From an uncultured virus (IMG/VR IMGVR_UViG_3300046678_000325) (lineage: Duplodnaviria > Heunggongvirae > Uroviricota > Caudoviricetes), in IMG/VR virus record IMGVR_UViG_3300046678_000325: DNA of 64,000 nucleotides, one strand, 5' to 3'. A program made the position numbers and the translations under genes. The notes beneath the pieces were generated by a model. It was not told the DNA's origin and ran no database searches. It saw only the letters and a list, made by a program, of their open reading frames with translations. Every line of letters starts with the position of its first letter. The first letter of the stretch is position 1. Shown in pieces: positions 26,686 to 36,131 of the stretch.

Positions 26686-29600
26686 GGTAGTTACCTCTTT
26701 TCATCTTGTCGAGTGCAGCGATACCCCGTTTGTATTTCTCTTCTCGCTTCTCGGGCAGATGCCAGATTTGCGGATCGTCTTTGATCGAGCCTGTAATTCC
26801 AAAGAACCGGAATCCAGTAAGGCCGTTCTGCACGAAGGGTAGGCGAATCATCCCGTCAGCACAGATCACTGCGCCGCGACACTTTTCAGACAGGAATGTA
26901 ATTAGCCTGACTTCCTCCGGCTTGTTCTCGTTGACCATCAGGTGCATTGGGACGCCGTTCTCGTCTACGACTTCCAGCAAGTAACATTTCACGTTGGCCC
27001 ACGGGGACGCCTTCAGCTCAAACTTCGACACAGGCGGAATCCAAAAGAGCTTGGAAACCGACGAACGCGATTCAGTGAAATCAATGCTCCTTTCAAGCCC
27101 TGTGTGCTGCCATCCCGACGATGACGTTCTCTCGCCTACGTGCTTGGGCTTGCAACCCTTAAACGCTCGCGGCTTGTTGAGGCAGAGACCGAGGATTTCA
27201 AACTCAGTTGTGTCCCGATCGGAGTCACCCTTGATTCCAAGCGACCCCATAGCACCAACCCGCCTGAGATTTTCCAGAACAGGCGTTTTCACCTTGGTGC
27301 GTGTTGTCCTTGTTGTGAAGTCGTCGTAATCAGTAAACGGTGCAGCTCCCATGATTTCACCAGCACCGCCGGGGCCGAGCTTGAATATCTTGTCGATCCC
27401 TGCACGAATTCCACCCTCGATCTTGTCGAGCGACCATCCCCTCGTCGCGCGGTTCACATCTGGCGGCAACAATTTGTATCCCTCAGCTCGTGCTGCCGCG
27501 ATGTAATTACCTCTCTCTGGAAAGACCTGAAGCAACGCTGCAAAATATTCGGCCGGGTGATACCACTTCAACCATGCCATCTTGTAACCGAGGAGACCGT
27601 AGCTCGTTGCGTGACCCTTGTTGAATCCGTAACCCTGAAAGCTCTTTACGTATTCCCAAATTTCCTTGGCAGTGTCTTTGGTGCATGAGAGATTTCCACG
27701 CGCCAAACGAAGGAAGCGAGGCTCCAAGTCATCGAAAATCTCCTTGGCACCCCGGCCTGCACCTTTTGCTTTCTTGATTCCCTGGTAAACGTCGTCAACG
27801 AAAGCGTCGTCACCGCCCGCTTTATAGACAATTTCCATTGCCTGCTCTTGGAATACTGAGAGTCCAAGCGTTGGGCCGAGAACGTCTTCAAGAATTTCAT
27901 GCGGGTACTCAGCAACATCTGCGCCTCTCCTTCGCTCGTTGTAGAGAATGTGCTTGTCCTCTCGCGTGTTCGCAGGCCGGTAGAGCGCCGCACAGAGGAT
28001 CAGGTCGTCCACGTTCTGTACCTGTACCTCCATCACGCCCTTGCGCGTCTCCTTGCCCTGCAACGTGTGAACACCATCGACATGCCCTGCCCGAATCATT
28101 TCAAAGACCTCGGGATCGTTCAGCTCAATTTCATGGAAGTCCAGCGGCGACATGCCTGCCGCCTTCAGCGTCTCGGCCGCAATGTCTAGAGTTTTGAGAC
28201 GAAGGAAATCCATCTTTGTGAGGCCGAAGTCTTCAAGCGTCTTGAAATCGTATTGGGTAACGAGCGTCCCAGACGATGCAATGAGATACAGCGGTATCCA
28301 TTCACTGACCGGACGCTCAGGTGTACCGAAGACCCAAGCACAGGCATGTTGACTGACAGATGTGATGCTGTCGAAAATTCCTGATGCAATTTCGTATAGT
28401 TCAGGGTAATCTTCCCGAAGTGCGATGAATATGTCTGTGTCCTCATCTACCATCCCTGAGTCGATCATTTGTGGGAGCAGTTTTGAAATTTCGTCCTGGG
28501 TTTCTTTCGGCATGCCCAGCGCTGATGCCGCCAAGCGAAAGGCACGACGGTTAGCGGCGGTGCCCCAATTTGAAATCTGGACGATCTGGCCTTTGCCGAC
28601 AAGAGGCTCCATCTCCTCGTGAACGATTTTCATGAAGTCGTCGTACCGCGACGGTTGAATGTCCACGTCAATGTCCGGCAATTTCTTTCTCGCTGGGTTG
28701 AAGAACCGCGAGAAGATCAAGCCGTACTCGATCGAGTCAATCTCGTGAATTTCAAGGCAGTAGCACAGCAGCGAGTTAGCTGCCGATCCCCTCGTCCACG
28801 TCAGGATTCCCTGCCGCTTCGCCTTACGCACGAAGTCTGACATGAGCAGCAGGTAATCCGCGAAGCTTTCCATCGACTCTAGTTCATGTTCAAAACGTAC
28901 ACGCGCTTCTCTTCCATGCCGCTTAACGAGCGCTTTGAGTCGAGAATTACAACGTTTACGGATCGCCGCAATCGGATCATCACGGCCGGACGGGGGCAAC
29001 GAGTATTGAAAATTGTTGAGGGGTTCCAGTTGAATGTCACATTCGTTGACGATTTCCTCAACGCTGTCAAGCGCAGCAGCGGGAACATTTCCTCGATCAA
29101 CGATGGCCTCCAAGTTGCGCATGTAATTCCCGTAATAGGTGTAGTCCGGTCGGAAGGCTTCCATAATCCGAGCTTCTGACTGACTGTAGTGCCCGTCGTC
29201 TCTGTTGCGCCAGCCAGAAGATTTCAAAGCCATGTGGTTTGTGCGATGTGCCGTCGTCGGCATGTGCGAGTCGTTCGTTAGAACAACATTCGTTCCGGTT
29301 GCTTCCGCAATTTCCAACAGTTGCGCGCGGACTTGGGCCTCACGAGCAATGAGAGCCACATAAGCCGGATACGTACTCTCGTCCATCCTCTTTGGAATTT
29401 CATGATCCACTACCTCGATGTAGAAGTTGGGAAACAGCATTTTCATCTGTCTAACGTACTCTGCGCCCAGCGCAACCCCCGCGCCATTTGATTCAGCAAT
29501 TGTTCGACAAAGCTCAGAAGCAAGACAACCACTAAGCACCACATTATGGTGCAGGTCATGCGGAGCAATTTCAGCCATTCGGAAAAGCGAAATTCTCGGT

Positions 29601-29971
29601 TTGCGGTGATAGTTGTCTCGCAACATTGCTTCGGTTGTCCATGCAACGAGGTTTTCATAACCCTCCTTTGAGAGCGCCAACGTGGTCAAGTGAAATGTAT
29701 GCCCGTCAGCTTCCTTGCCTCTCACGCCGTGCAGGAAGTCAGGGGTCACGTAAAGCTCACAACCGATGATCGGTTTGATACCTGCCTCTCGTGCCGCCTT
29801 GTAGAGAGCAGGAGCGCCGCCTAGCCAACCATGATCGGTCAACGCGACAGCGCTCCATCCCAATTTCACCGCGCGGTCTACCATCTCAGCGGGTGTTCCG
29901 ACTGCATCGCCGGAAGTCATAGCGGATGAGAATGTGGAATGCGCGTGAAGATCGGGGTAAATAGATTTCAC
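26678..29971 (-). CDS. dnaE: DNA polymerase III alpha subunit
   Basis: PHP domain HAHS/TDHG/GCE/NDSH; RGSAA; PDIDVD; KMDFL; YGFNKGHA; PPDVN. Confidence 0.95.
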   Translation of the reverse strand: MKSIYPDLHAHSTFSSAMTSGDAVGTPAEMVDRAVKLGWSAVALTDHGWLGGAPALYKAAREAGIKPIIGCELYVTPDFLHGVRGKEADGHTFHLTTLALSKEGYENLVAWTTEAMLRDNYHRKPRISLFRMAEIAPHDLHHNVVLSGCLASELCRTIAESNGAGVALGAEYVRQMKMLFPNFYIEVVDHEIPKRMDESTYPAYVALIAREAQVRAQLLEIAEATGTNVVLTNDSHMPTTAHRTNHMALKSSGWRNRDDGHYSQSEARIMEAFRPDYTYYGNYMRNLEAIVDRGNVPAAALDSVEEIVNECDIQLEPLNNFQYSLPPSGRDDPIAAIRKRCNSRLKALVKRHGREARVRFEHELESMESFADYLLLMSDFVRKAKRQGILTWTRGSAANSLLCYCLEIHEIDSIEYGLIFSRFFNPARKKLPDIDVDIQPSRYDDFMKIVHEEMEPLVGKGQIVQISNWGTAANRRAFRLAASALGMPKETQDEISKLLPQMIDSGMVDEDTDIFIALREDYPELYEIASGIFDSITSVSQHACAWVFGTPERPVSEWIPLYLIASSGTLVTQYDFKTLEDFGLTKMDFLRLKTLDIAAETLKAAGMSPLDFHEIELNDPEVFEMIRAGHVDGVHTLQGKETRKGVMEVQVQNVDDLILCAALYRPANTREDKHILYNERRRGADVAEYPHEILEDVLGPTLGLSVFQEQAMEIVYKAGGDDAFVDDVYQGIKKAKGAGRGAKEIFDDLEPRFLRLARGNLSCTKDTAKEIWEYVKSFQGYGFNKGHATSYGLLGYKMAWLKWYHPAEYFAALLQVFPERGNYIAAARAEGYKLLPPDVNRATRGWSLDKIEGGIRAGIDKIFKLGPGGAGEIMGAAPFTDYDDFTTRTTRTKVKTPVLENLRRVGAMGSLGIKGDSDRDTTEFEILGLCLNKPRAFKGCKPKHVGERTSSSGWQHTGLERSIDFTESRSSVSKLFWIPPVSKFELKASPWANVKCYLLEVVDENGVPMHLMVNENKPEEVRLITFLSEKCRGAVICADGMIRLPFVQNGLTGFRFFGITGSIKDDPQIWHLPEKREEKYKRGIAALDKMKRGNYRG

Positions 29972-30162
29972 GCGGTCTTGTCCTCGATTTCAACATCGTC
30001 ACCGAAGACACCGTGAATGGCACCGATCGCGTCGTCCTTGTTCGTATAGCCCTCGCTCGACTCCACGATGGTTAGGTCGTTGCTGGCAATTCCAATGAAC
30101 CGGAATTCACCGGCACCGTCTATGAAAATTCTGACATGCGTGATGTGAGGGTGTTCTGCCAC
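29968..30162 (-). CDS. DUF1508/YegP-like protein
   Basis: GEFRF...ASN...ESSEGYTNKDDA. Confidence 0.7.
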   Translation of the reverse strand: MAEHPHITHVRIFIDGAGEFRFIGIASNDLTIVESSEGYTNKDDAIGAIHGVFGDDVEIEDKTA

Positions 30163-30170
30163 TTCTCTCC

Positions 30171-30434
30171 TTAATCCGGTAATTTCACGAAACCGGGGTT
30201 TCGTTGCTGCCAGTCAATGAAGTCTGAAATTACCTCATCGAGATTGGCAACGAACTGCTCCTCTGGAACTTGATGGTCAAGCAGCATCCTTTGTGTGTAG
30301 AACCGCCGATACTCCACGATCGTTGCAACCGAGAGACGGTCTTGCGCACGAAGAATGAAGATTGGCTCATTCGCCGGAATTCCAAGAAGCGAATGAATGT
30401 AACTATATTTGCCTACGTCGTGAACGCCCATCAA
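30171..30434 (-). CDS. hypothetical phage protein
   Basis: EPIFILRAQD motif. Confidence 0.6.
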   Translation of the reverse strand: MMGVHDVGKYSYIHSLLGIPANEPIFILRAQDRLSVATIVEYRRFYTQRMLLDHQVPEEQFVANLDEVISDFIDWQQRNPGFVKLPD

Positions 30435-30772
30435 ATTTCCTCAAAGCCCATGTCCAGCAACTCTTGAAATTCATTTGCTGTCAGGATTGCTGAACATTCA
30501 CCTAGGGCGGTAGACACAGGTGAAATCTTCGATCCACCGCTTTGCCACTCGTGCTGCACGTCATTGATCCTGACACGCACTTGCCTCGTGCTCAGCCGGA
30601 AAATTACGGTCTCGCCCATCTCTACACTTGCCGAGTGTGTAATTCCCCGTGAGAAACCAGTAAGGAGGACGACGGTTGAACCGTCATCCTCCCTCTGGAC
30701 TGAAACTTCCAGATTGACGCTCATGTAATTCCTAGAGCGCGTTCTGAAGCTTCTTGACGGACGGCACAGCAT
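30431..30772 (-). CDS. hypothetical protein (probable start MSVNLE)
   Basis: ORF downstream of HU. Confidence 0.5.
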   Translation of the reverse strand: MLCRPSRSFRTRSRNYMSVNLEVSVQREDDGSTVVLLTGFSRGITHSASVEMGETVIFRLSTRQVRVRINDVQHEWQSGGSKISPVSTALGECSAILTANEFQELLDMGFEEI

Positions 30773-31061
30773 CCGACAGCGGCTTGACGATCTTCGCCTT
30801 CACCTTCACCGACGCGGGCTTAGCACCGATCTTCACCGGGTCTCCGGTCTGCGGGTTGCGACCCATACGGGCCTTTGTCTTCTTGCGAAGCTTCGGCTCG
30901 ATCACAACACCGGCCACCTTGGTGCGAACGCAGTTCTTCGCGTTCTCCACCACAATTTCAGTCAGTTCTGCGAGGGCATGGCGAACATCGCTCTTCGTCC
31001 ATCCCGTCCGCTCAGCCAATTCCTCGACCAACTCGACCTGACTCATCATCGTTAGTGCCAT
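30732..31061 (-). CDS. hup: HU/IHF-family DNA-binding protein
   Basis: ELVEELAERTG...ARMGRNPQTG...I.AK. Confidence 0.9.
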   Translation of the reverse strand: MALTMMSQVELVEELAERTGWTKSDVRHALAELTEIVVENAKNCVRTKVAGVVIEPKLRKKTKARMGRNPQTGDPVKIGAKPASVKVKAKIVKPLSDAVPSVKKLQNAL

Positions 31062-31172
31062 TGAAATTCCTCCTTGACGTTCGGGTTGAAAAACGGTCAG
31101 TGCGCCTTGTCAAGCATCATCATCGCAGGCCACACTCGTTACCTGATGCCACGACCGCTGATGAAATTCGGG

Positions 31173-32282
31173 CTACTTCTTCTTGCCGCCCTTGCCCTTG
31201 CCCTTACCGCCAGCGGCCTTCTTGACCTTCAGCGCCGTGATGATCCAGTCGCCTTCGTCGTCCTGCTCAGCGTCCACAGTGACGCTGACGCCCTTCTTCA
31301 GCACGTCGGCATCTGCATCGACGCCCTCGCCAACCCACATCTTGACCTTACCATCGTCGTTCTTCAGGTCGAGAATTTCATCCTTGGGCTGGAACTTGAC
31401 GACTTCGTAGACGCCCTTTGAAATTGACTTGGACTCTTCCTCGTCATCATCGTCGTCGTCATCGTCATCGTCGTCGTCGGAATCGTCGTCGTCATCATCC
31501 GCGTCATCGTCATCGTCATCATCGTCGTCATTTTCATCGTCGTCGTCATCGTCATCATCGTCATCATCGTCGTCGTCATCGTCGTCCGAGTCGTCGTCGT
31601 CATCGTCGTCGGCGGCAGGCTTGCCCTTGCGAGCCTTCGATCCCTTCTTCGGCTCGTCCTCATCGTCGCCGTCGTCGTCATCGTCGTCATCGTCTTCCAA
31701 CTCGTCCAGAGCCTTCAGGCGCTCCATCTGAGCCTTCAACTGACGCAGCACGAGACCGCCCAACCCCTCTTCACCGAATTTCTCTTCCAGAAGCTTCAGA
31801 GCCTTTTTCAACTCCGACTTGGAAAGCGGCTTGTCGGCAAGAACACGCACCTTGTAATCGCCCTTGTCGGACAGGCGCTTGATGCGAACCTTCTTACCCT
31901 GAAGACCGCCCTCCTCTTCCGCCTCATCTGAAATGTCGTTCAAGGTGCTGTAATTCATGGTGAACACCTTGATCTGATCGGCGGTATCGTTGTCGGGGAA
32001 ATACCACACCGTCAACGCACGAGTCGAGGGGTTGTCGTTCGCAGTGCAGAACGGGCATTTGTCACCCGAACACGGAACGTAAGAATTTCCCTGCTTGTCG
32101 TAGTGGTCGTAATACTCGTAGTAGCCGGAGTTGTTGTCCAGCTCGGGGTCAGGCTCAAAGAGCGCAATGCCCTTGAACATTTCATCCGTCTTCAGACGCA
32201 TGAAAACTGACGGGCGCTTACGGTCTTCCTTCGACTTGACCGTGCGCACAGTGAATGTCGTACCTTTTCCCTTCTTAGCCAT
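31173..32282 (-). CDS. single-stranded DNA-binding protein (gp32-like) with poly-Asp linker and extra C-terminal domain
   Basis: FMRLK...H...VPC..DKCPFC; sits between primase and HU. Confidence 0.7.
   Translation of the reverse strand: MAKKGKGTTFTVRTVKSKEDRKRPSVFMRLKTDEMFKGIALFEPDPELDNNSGYYEYYDHYDKQGNSYVPCSGDKCPFCTANDNPSTRALTVWYFPDNDTADQIKVFTMNYSTLNDISDEAEEEGGLQGKKVRIKRLSDKGDYKVRVLADKPLSKSELKKALKLLEEKFGEEGLGGLVLRQLKAQMERLKALDELEDDDDDDDDGDDEDEPKKGSKARKGKPAADDDDDDDSDDDDDDDDDDDDDDDDDENDDDDDDDDDADDDDDDSDDDDDDDDDDDDEEESKSISKGVYEVVKFQPKDEILDLKNDDGKVKMWVGEGVDADADVLKKGVSVTVDAEQDDEGDWIITALKVKKAAGGKGKGKGGKKK
31440..31695. repeat. (GAY)n low-complexity tracts encoding poly-Asp
   Basis: Direct reading of the TCG/TCA runs on the plus strand. 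Confidence 0.95.
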
Positions 32283-33378
32283 GAATTACCTTTCTGCTCG
32301 ACTGACGTTGGGCCTTACGGTTGAACACAGACAACGGGAGTGCTCTTGAAATTTGTCTCTTCGCCTCCTTCTCGCTCAACTCTTGCGGGTCACTTCTCCC
32401 TGACGGGTATCGCATCACGTAAAGCGGATATTTCCTCAGCTTCCGTGCTGCAATTTCAATGTTCCGAATTCCAGCCGCATCTCTATCGAACGCCAGGATG
32501 ATCTTCGGTGGCCGCAATTTCGCAATGATCCTGACTTGCTCATCGGAAATTCCAGTACCGAGGATTCCGCCAGTATTCGATAGCCCGTGCTGGTGGAACG
32601 CAATCGTGTCCAAACTCCCCTCTACGACGATCAGGCCGTCTGAGTGTACCAGCCCTAGGTCGATATAGCAAGCCCCGAATAGCAGGGAAGTCTTTGGGAA
32701 ACCCTCGGTGTAGAGGTACTTGGGCTGAGTCTTTTCAAGCACCCCGCGCTTGATCAGGAAACGGAGCTTGCCATCGAGAGACCGCGCTGGAATAACTAAA
32801 CGCTTGGAATCGCCGTCCCAACCAAGCTCCCACTTAGCGGTAGCGCCATCGGAAATTTCACGTCCTTCCAAGTAGTCAACCGCCAGCGGCGGTAGGAATC
32901 GCTCATAGCGCAGCTCGTCGGATCGAACAGCAGGAGTTGCCCCCGAACTTCGTACCTTTTTTCTGACACGGGATTTTTCGGTGAAATTTGAGGGTCTTGC
33001 ACCCGTAACAATGAGCTTCTTGGCTTGCCGGATTGCGCGTTCACGCCGTCGCAATTGCTCCCGGTCATTCGCCGTCCTCTCGGTCGGGTGTTTATCGAAG
33101 GCTGTCCTGACCACCTTCAGGTCAACTTTGAATTTCTCGTACAGCCCCTCAATGACGCAGACGGCATGCTCGTAGCTGCCGGAAATTCCACAATACGCAA
33201 AGCAGTGAACCTTCGGCTCACTGAGGTTCACCTGAAAATGCCGCTTCTGCGTATCATGGTCGGGGTTCGGGCACTGTGTCTTCGGGGCAAAAACGTCGTT
33301 CTCTTTTGTCCCCACCGGAAATTCCACGTACCTCTCCCAGAACGAGAGAGGATCAATGCTGCGGCCGTGGAATCTCAC
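32275..33378 (-). CDS. dnaG: DnaG-type DNA primase
   Basis: Zn finger CPNPDH...HCFAYC; YLEGREI; PKYLY; TOPRIM VVEGSLD...FDRDAAG. Confidence 0.9.
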   Translation of the reverse strand: MRFHGRSIDPLSFWERYVEFPVGTKENDVFAPKTQCPNPDHDTQKRHFQVNLSEPKVHCFAYCGISGSYEHAVCVIEGLYEKFKVDLKVVRTAFDKHPTERTANDREQLRRRERAIRQAKKLIVTGARPSNFTEKSRVRKKVRSSGATPAVRSDELRYERFLPPLAVDYLEGREISDGATAKWELGWDGDSKRLVIPARSLDGKLRFLIKRGVLEKTQPKYLYTEGFPKTSLLFGACYIDLGLVHSDGLIVVEGSLDTIAFHQHGLSNTGGILGTGISDEQVRIIAKLRPPKIILAFDRDAAGIRNIEIAARKLRKYPLYVMRYPSGRSDPQELSEKEAKRQISRALPLSVFNRKAQRQSSRKVIHG

Positions 33379-33761
33379 AGGGTGTCAGGCTTGTCAAAGC
33401 CGAGGTTGACACAGGAATTACCGTTTTGCGAATGCTTAGGCAACTCTGTTGTCGTAAGCGTGTGATGGTGCGGGTGCCCATATGGGTGCATTTCGTCGTA
33501 CACAGCCTGCGGGTCTCGGTTGTCTCTTCGATCTGCAATTCCAGGTGAACCGATCGAGCCTTTTGGAGTTTCACCGTGCCGCAGCCGATAGTCACCGTTG
33601 TAGTCAATGATCATGTTGCCCTGTGGCCCTCGCTTGTAAAGCGCGACAGGAATTACAGCAACTACATCTTCCTCCGGTTCCTCATACGACAAGCATGCCT
33701 CGGTGCCGATGTGCTCGTTGATCGGTTCCCTGCATCTCGGATCATGCACTACGCGCCCCAT
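33375..33761 (-). CDS. hypothetical protein
   Basis: Coupled ORF. Confidence 0.45.
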   Translation of the reverse strand: MGRVVHDPRCREPINEHIGTEACLSYEEPEEDVVAVIPVALYKRGPQGNMIIDYNGDYRLRHGETPKGSIGSPGIADRRDNRDPQAVYDEMHPYGHPHHHTLTTTELPKHSQNGNSCVNLGFDKPDTL

Positions 33762-34040
33762 CTAGCCCTCCACCTTCGTCTCAGCGGTCACACCAACAGA
33801 AACCGGCGGGAACCCACCGATCCATCCAACCCCGAGCTTGATGTTTTGGCCGTTCGCAATCGCCCGACGCTCGCCCTCGCTGGGTTCCCACACTGACCAA
33901 ATTACACGGCCGCGTGCATATCCTGGCACATCGTCTTCAATTTCACACGGAAGATCGGTAATCACATCTTCCTGCCCCTTCGGAGGCCCAAAGTTGTGAT
34001 TGGAATGTTCTGTCTTAATCGCCTGCATTAGTCCTCCCAC
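33762..34040 (-). CDS. hypothetical phage protein
   Basis: DLPC...SVWEPSEGER..IANG...PPVSV. Confidence 0.65.
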   Translation of the reverse strand: MGGLMQAIKTEHSNHNFGPPKGQEDVITDLPCEIEDDVPGYARGRVIWSVWEPSEGERRAIANGQNIKLGVGWIGGFPPVSVGVTAETKVEG

Positions 34041-34327
34041 ACATTAGATTTCACTTTCTCCCATTCCGCTCGCTCTTCCTTCGACATGATCTGTAATCGA
34101 ACGTCTGGGTCAGACTTGCGCTTCGGCTTGCGCCGCGTGTGAGTCTCAACCGTCACCACATCGCCATGCGTCTTCTCCTGAATTTCAATCGGAGCCTGCT
34201 TGGTGTTTTGGTCGATGACCTTGGGTGTACGTGCCTCGCTCATGCCTGCCGCTCCACCAAGAATCTTCGGCTGTGGAATCTCCTGCTTACTGCGAGACGT
34301 ACCCTTGACGTTCCTGATTTCGCTCAT
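34028..34327 (-). CDS. hypothetical protein
   Basis: Coupled ORF. Confidence 0.5.
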   Translation of the reverse strand: MSEIRNVKGTSRSKQEIPQPKILGGAAGMSEARTPKVIDQNTKQAPIEIQEKTHGDVVTVETHTRRKPKRKSDPDVRLQIMSKEERAEWEKVKSNVWED

Positions 34328-35796
34328 GTAATTCCTGCCTCCTTCAACTCTTTGCGGACTGTTGCCGCCTTGTCAACATCGTAGCCGTTTGTGTAGCTTC
34401 CTGAAATTGGTGTTACGTCTTCCAGAATGCCGATGTTGGGCTTGAAGCTTGCGGTGAATTTGAACGGCTCACCGTCGCGGTTCTTTGAGCAGTTGTATTT
34501 CATCATCTGCTCATCGCTGAAATGCTTGACTCCGATCACGCAGTTGGCTTCCTGCACCGGGGAGTCAGCACCGAAGCTCGCATCCTTGTCCGGCGGGTCT
34601 CCACGCTTGCCCATGAGCGATCGTGTGGCCTGGTTCGTCATTACCACTGGAATGTTGTACGTGTGGCTCAGATCGATCAGAGCGTCCGTTATGTCGCCCA
34701 GCTCTTCCCAGCGCGATCCTCGCTTGCGGGGAGAACGTAATTTGTAGATTGGGTCAATGAGGATCAAGTCGAGACCGTAATCCTCAATCCGCGACTCGAT
34801 ATACGAGACCGACATTTTCTCACGCTGATAGCGCTGGGTGAACAGATGAATTTCACCCTTCAGACCTTCCTCGTCCAGCCACTCTAGGAATTTCCTATAC
34901 GCATGCAGCTCACCCTTGGAAAGATGGCCGTCCTTCAGCGCGCGGTTGCGGAATGCTCCTTTGAGACCCAGCGCTTCCTGTACCTCGCGTTTCGCTGAAA
35001 TGAGCGTATGCACTCGACAGTTGTGTTGGTGCTGCGTCATTTCAGGCGAGAAGAGACCGACCCTGTATCCATCCCACGCTGCCTCTGAGCAGAATTTCGC
35101 CAGTGAAAAGCTCTTCGCATCACCCGGTCTGCCGAGGAAGAGATAGCTCGTCTCTTTCTGCAAGCCACCGAAGTGATGATCGAAGTGTGTAATTCCAGTG
35201 CGTATCCCGGCCGCTTCTCCGTTACCACGCAGGATCGACAAGTTCTTGATCCGTTCGTAGCCACGTTGCCAGTCAGATTTCATAGCAACGTCAGAATACG
35301 GACTGTGAATCTTCAGGGTTGCACCGAGTGATTCCCGAAGCTCTGCTGCCTTCTCAACTGCATTTTCCTGCCCGAGCGGATCATCGCCAGAAAAAACTTC
35401 ATCGATGGCGGATGAAATTGCTACAAAGGCGCGTTCCTGTTTCAGCTCTTCAATCAAGTCCTGAAGCTTGTCCGAGACCGGCATGTAATCGAACTCAGGA
35501 AATGTGCGCTTGAAAGCGCGAGCTGTAATTGGCTTACGTGTACCCGCCCTCTGAATCAGCCAGTTCCACTCCTCGTCGTGAATCTCAAAGTCCTCATGCG
35601 TAATTCCTGCTTGAAATGCTTTCTTCAGTGATCCCTCGTCTACCAGCTTTGAAATTACCAACGCCTCTACGGACACAATTCTCCCTTCGACCAGCTTGCG
35701 AATTTCCTTTCTGACCCCCCTACAACCCCCCGGTCTAAACCTAGACAAGAGAGAAGCTAAGAGAAAGACTTGTCCCCCTACCCCTCCCGCCTCCAC
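34324..35796 (-). CDS. dnaB: DnaB-like replicative helicase (true start probably GTG near 35676)
   Basis: TGITHFD, GRPGDAKS, FSPEM, LILIDPI, NIPVVMTNQ, KNRDG. Confidence 0.9.
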   Translation of the reverse strand: MEAGGVGGQVFLLASLLSRFRPGGCRGVRKEIRKLVEGRIVSVEALVISKLVDEGSLKKAFQAGITHEDFEIHDEEWNWLIQRAGTRKPITARAFKRTFPEFDYMPVSDKLQDLIEELKQERAFVAISSAIDEVFSGDDPLGQENAVEKAAELRESLGATLKIHSPYSDVAMKSDWQRGYERIKNLSILRGNGEAAGIRTGITHFDHHFGGLQKETSYLFLGRPGDAKSFSLAKFCSEAAWDGYRVGLFSPEMTQHQHNCRVHTLISAKREVQEALGLKGAFRNRALKDGHLSKGELHAYRKFLEWLDEEGLKGEIHLFTQRYQREKMSVSYIESRIEDYGLDLILIDPIYKLRSPRKRGSRWEELGDITDALIDLSHTYNIPVVMTNQATRSLMGKRGDPPDKDASFGADSPVQEANCVIGVKHFSDEQMMKYNCSKNRDGEPFKFTASFKPNIGILEDVTPISGSYTNGYDVDKAATVRKELKEAGIT

Positions 35797-35866
35797 ACCT
35801 TAGTGCTGTAGTCAAGAATTTCCTTTTCTCTTGATACAGCACCAATGCGGAACAAACGGGACAGGT

Positions 35867-35895
35867 AGTAAACCATCCTGCGTAGAACCTGTCAA
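35867..35895 (-). promoter_or_regulatory. sigma70-type promoter TTGACA-17-TTTACT for the replication module
   Basis: Hexamers, intergenic, just downstream of a terminator-like hairpin. Confidence 0.65.
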
Positions 35896-35917
35896 GTGAT
35901 CGGCGTTTGCAGGCAAA

Positions 35918-35950
35918 AGAAGAGGGAGAGCACGAATGCCCTCCCCCTTC
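35918..35950 (-). terminator. terminator closing the late/lysis operon
   Basis: Imperfect GC-rich hairpin with a TTCG loop followed by TTTTT on the minus strand. Confidence 0.6.
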
Positions 35951-35960
35951 AGCTCGTGCG

Positions 35961-36098
35961 TTAGACCCGTCTTCCGCTTACCATCGCTGCGACTGCAACG
36001 ATCAGAACGATGATCAGCAGCCACAGGATCAGATGTGAAATTGCGAATCCTCCTGCGAGAACGAGGATGAGCAAAATCAACACGATCAGCCAGAGCAT
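35961..36098 (-). CDS. 45-aa two-helix hydrophobic membrane protein
   Basis: Hand-translated MLWLIVLILLILVLAGGFAISHLILWLLIIVLIVAVAAMVSGRRV; AGGAGG RBS. Confidence 0.7.
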   Translation of the reverse strand: MLWLIVLILLILVLAGGFAISHLILWLLIIVLIVAVAAMVSGRRV

Positions 36099-36131
36099 CT
36101 ACCCCTCCTTCCTGCGCTCGTAGGAGCCATC

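Noticed and set aside
31364..31882. Poly-His/Arg, poly-Ser and poly-Thr/Met ORFs
   Set aside because: These are alternative-frame shadows of the poly-Asp tract.
35700..35800. C-rich tracts upstream of dnaB as a replication origin
   Set aside because: No iterons or AT-rich unwinding element; position is the only support.
16151..35915. GCCTGCAAA 10 bp upstream of the -35 box in two promoters (16141 and 35895)
   Set aside because: Only two of about eleven promoters show this spacing; too weak to call an activator site.
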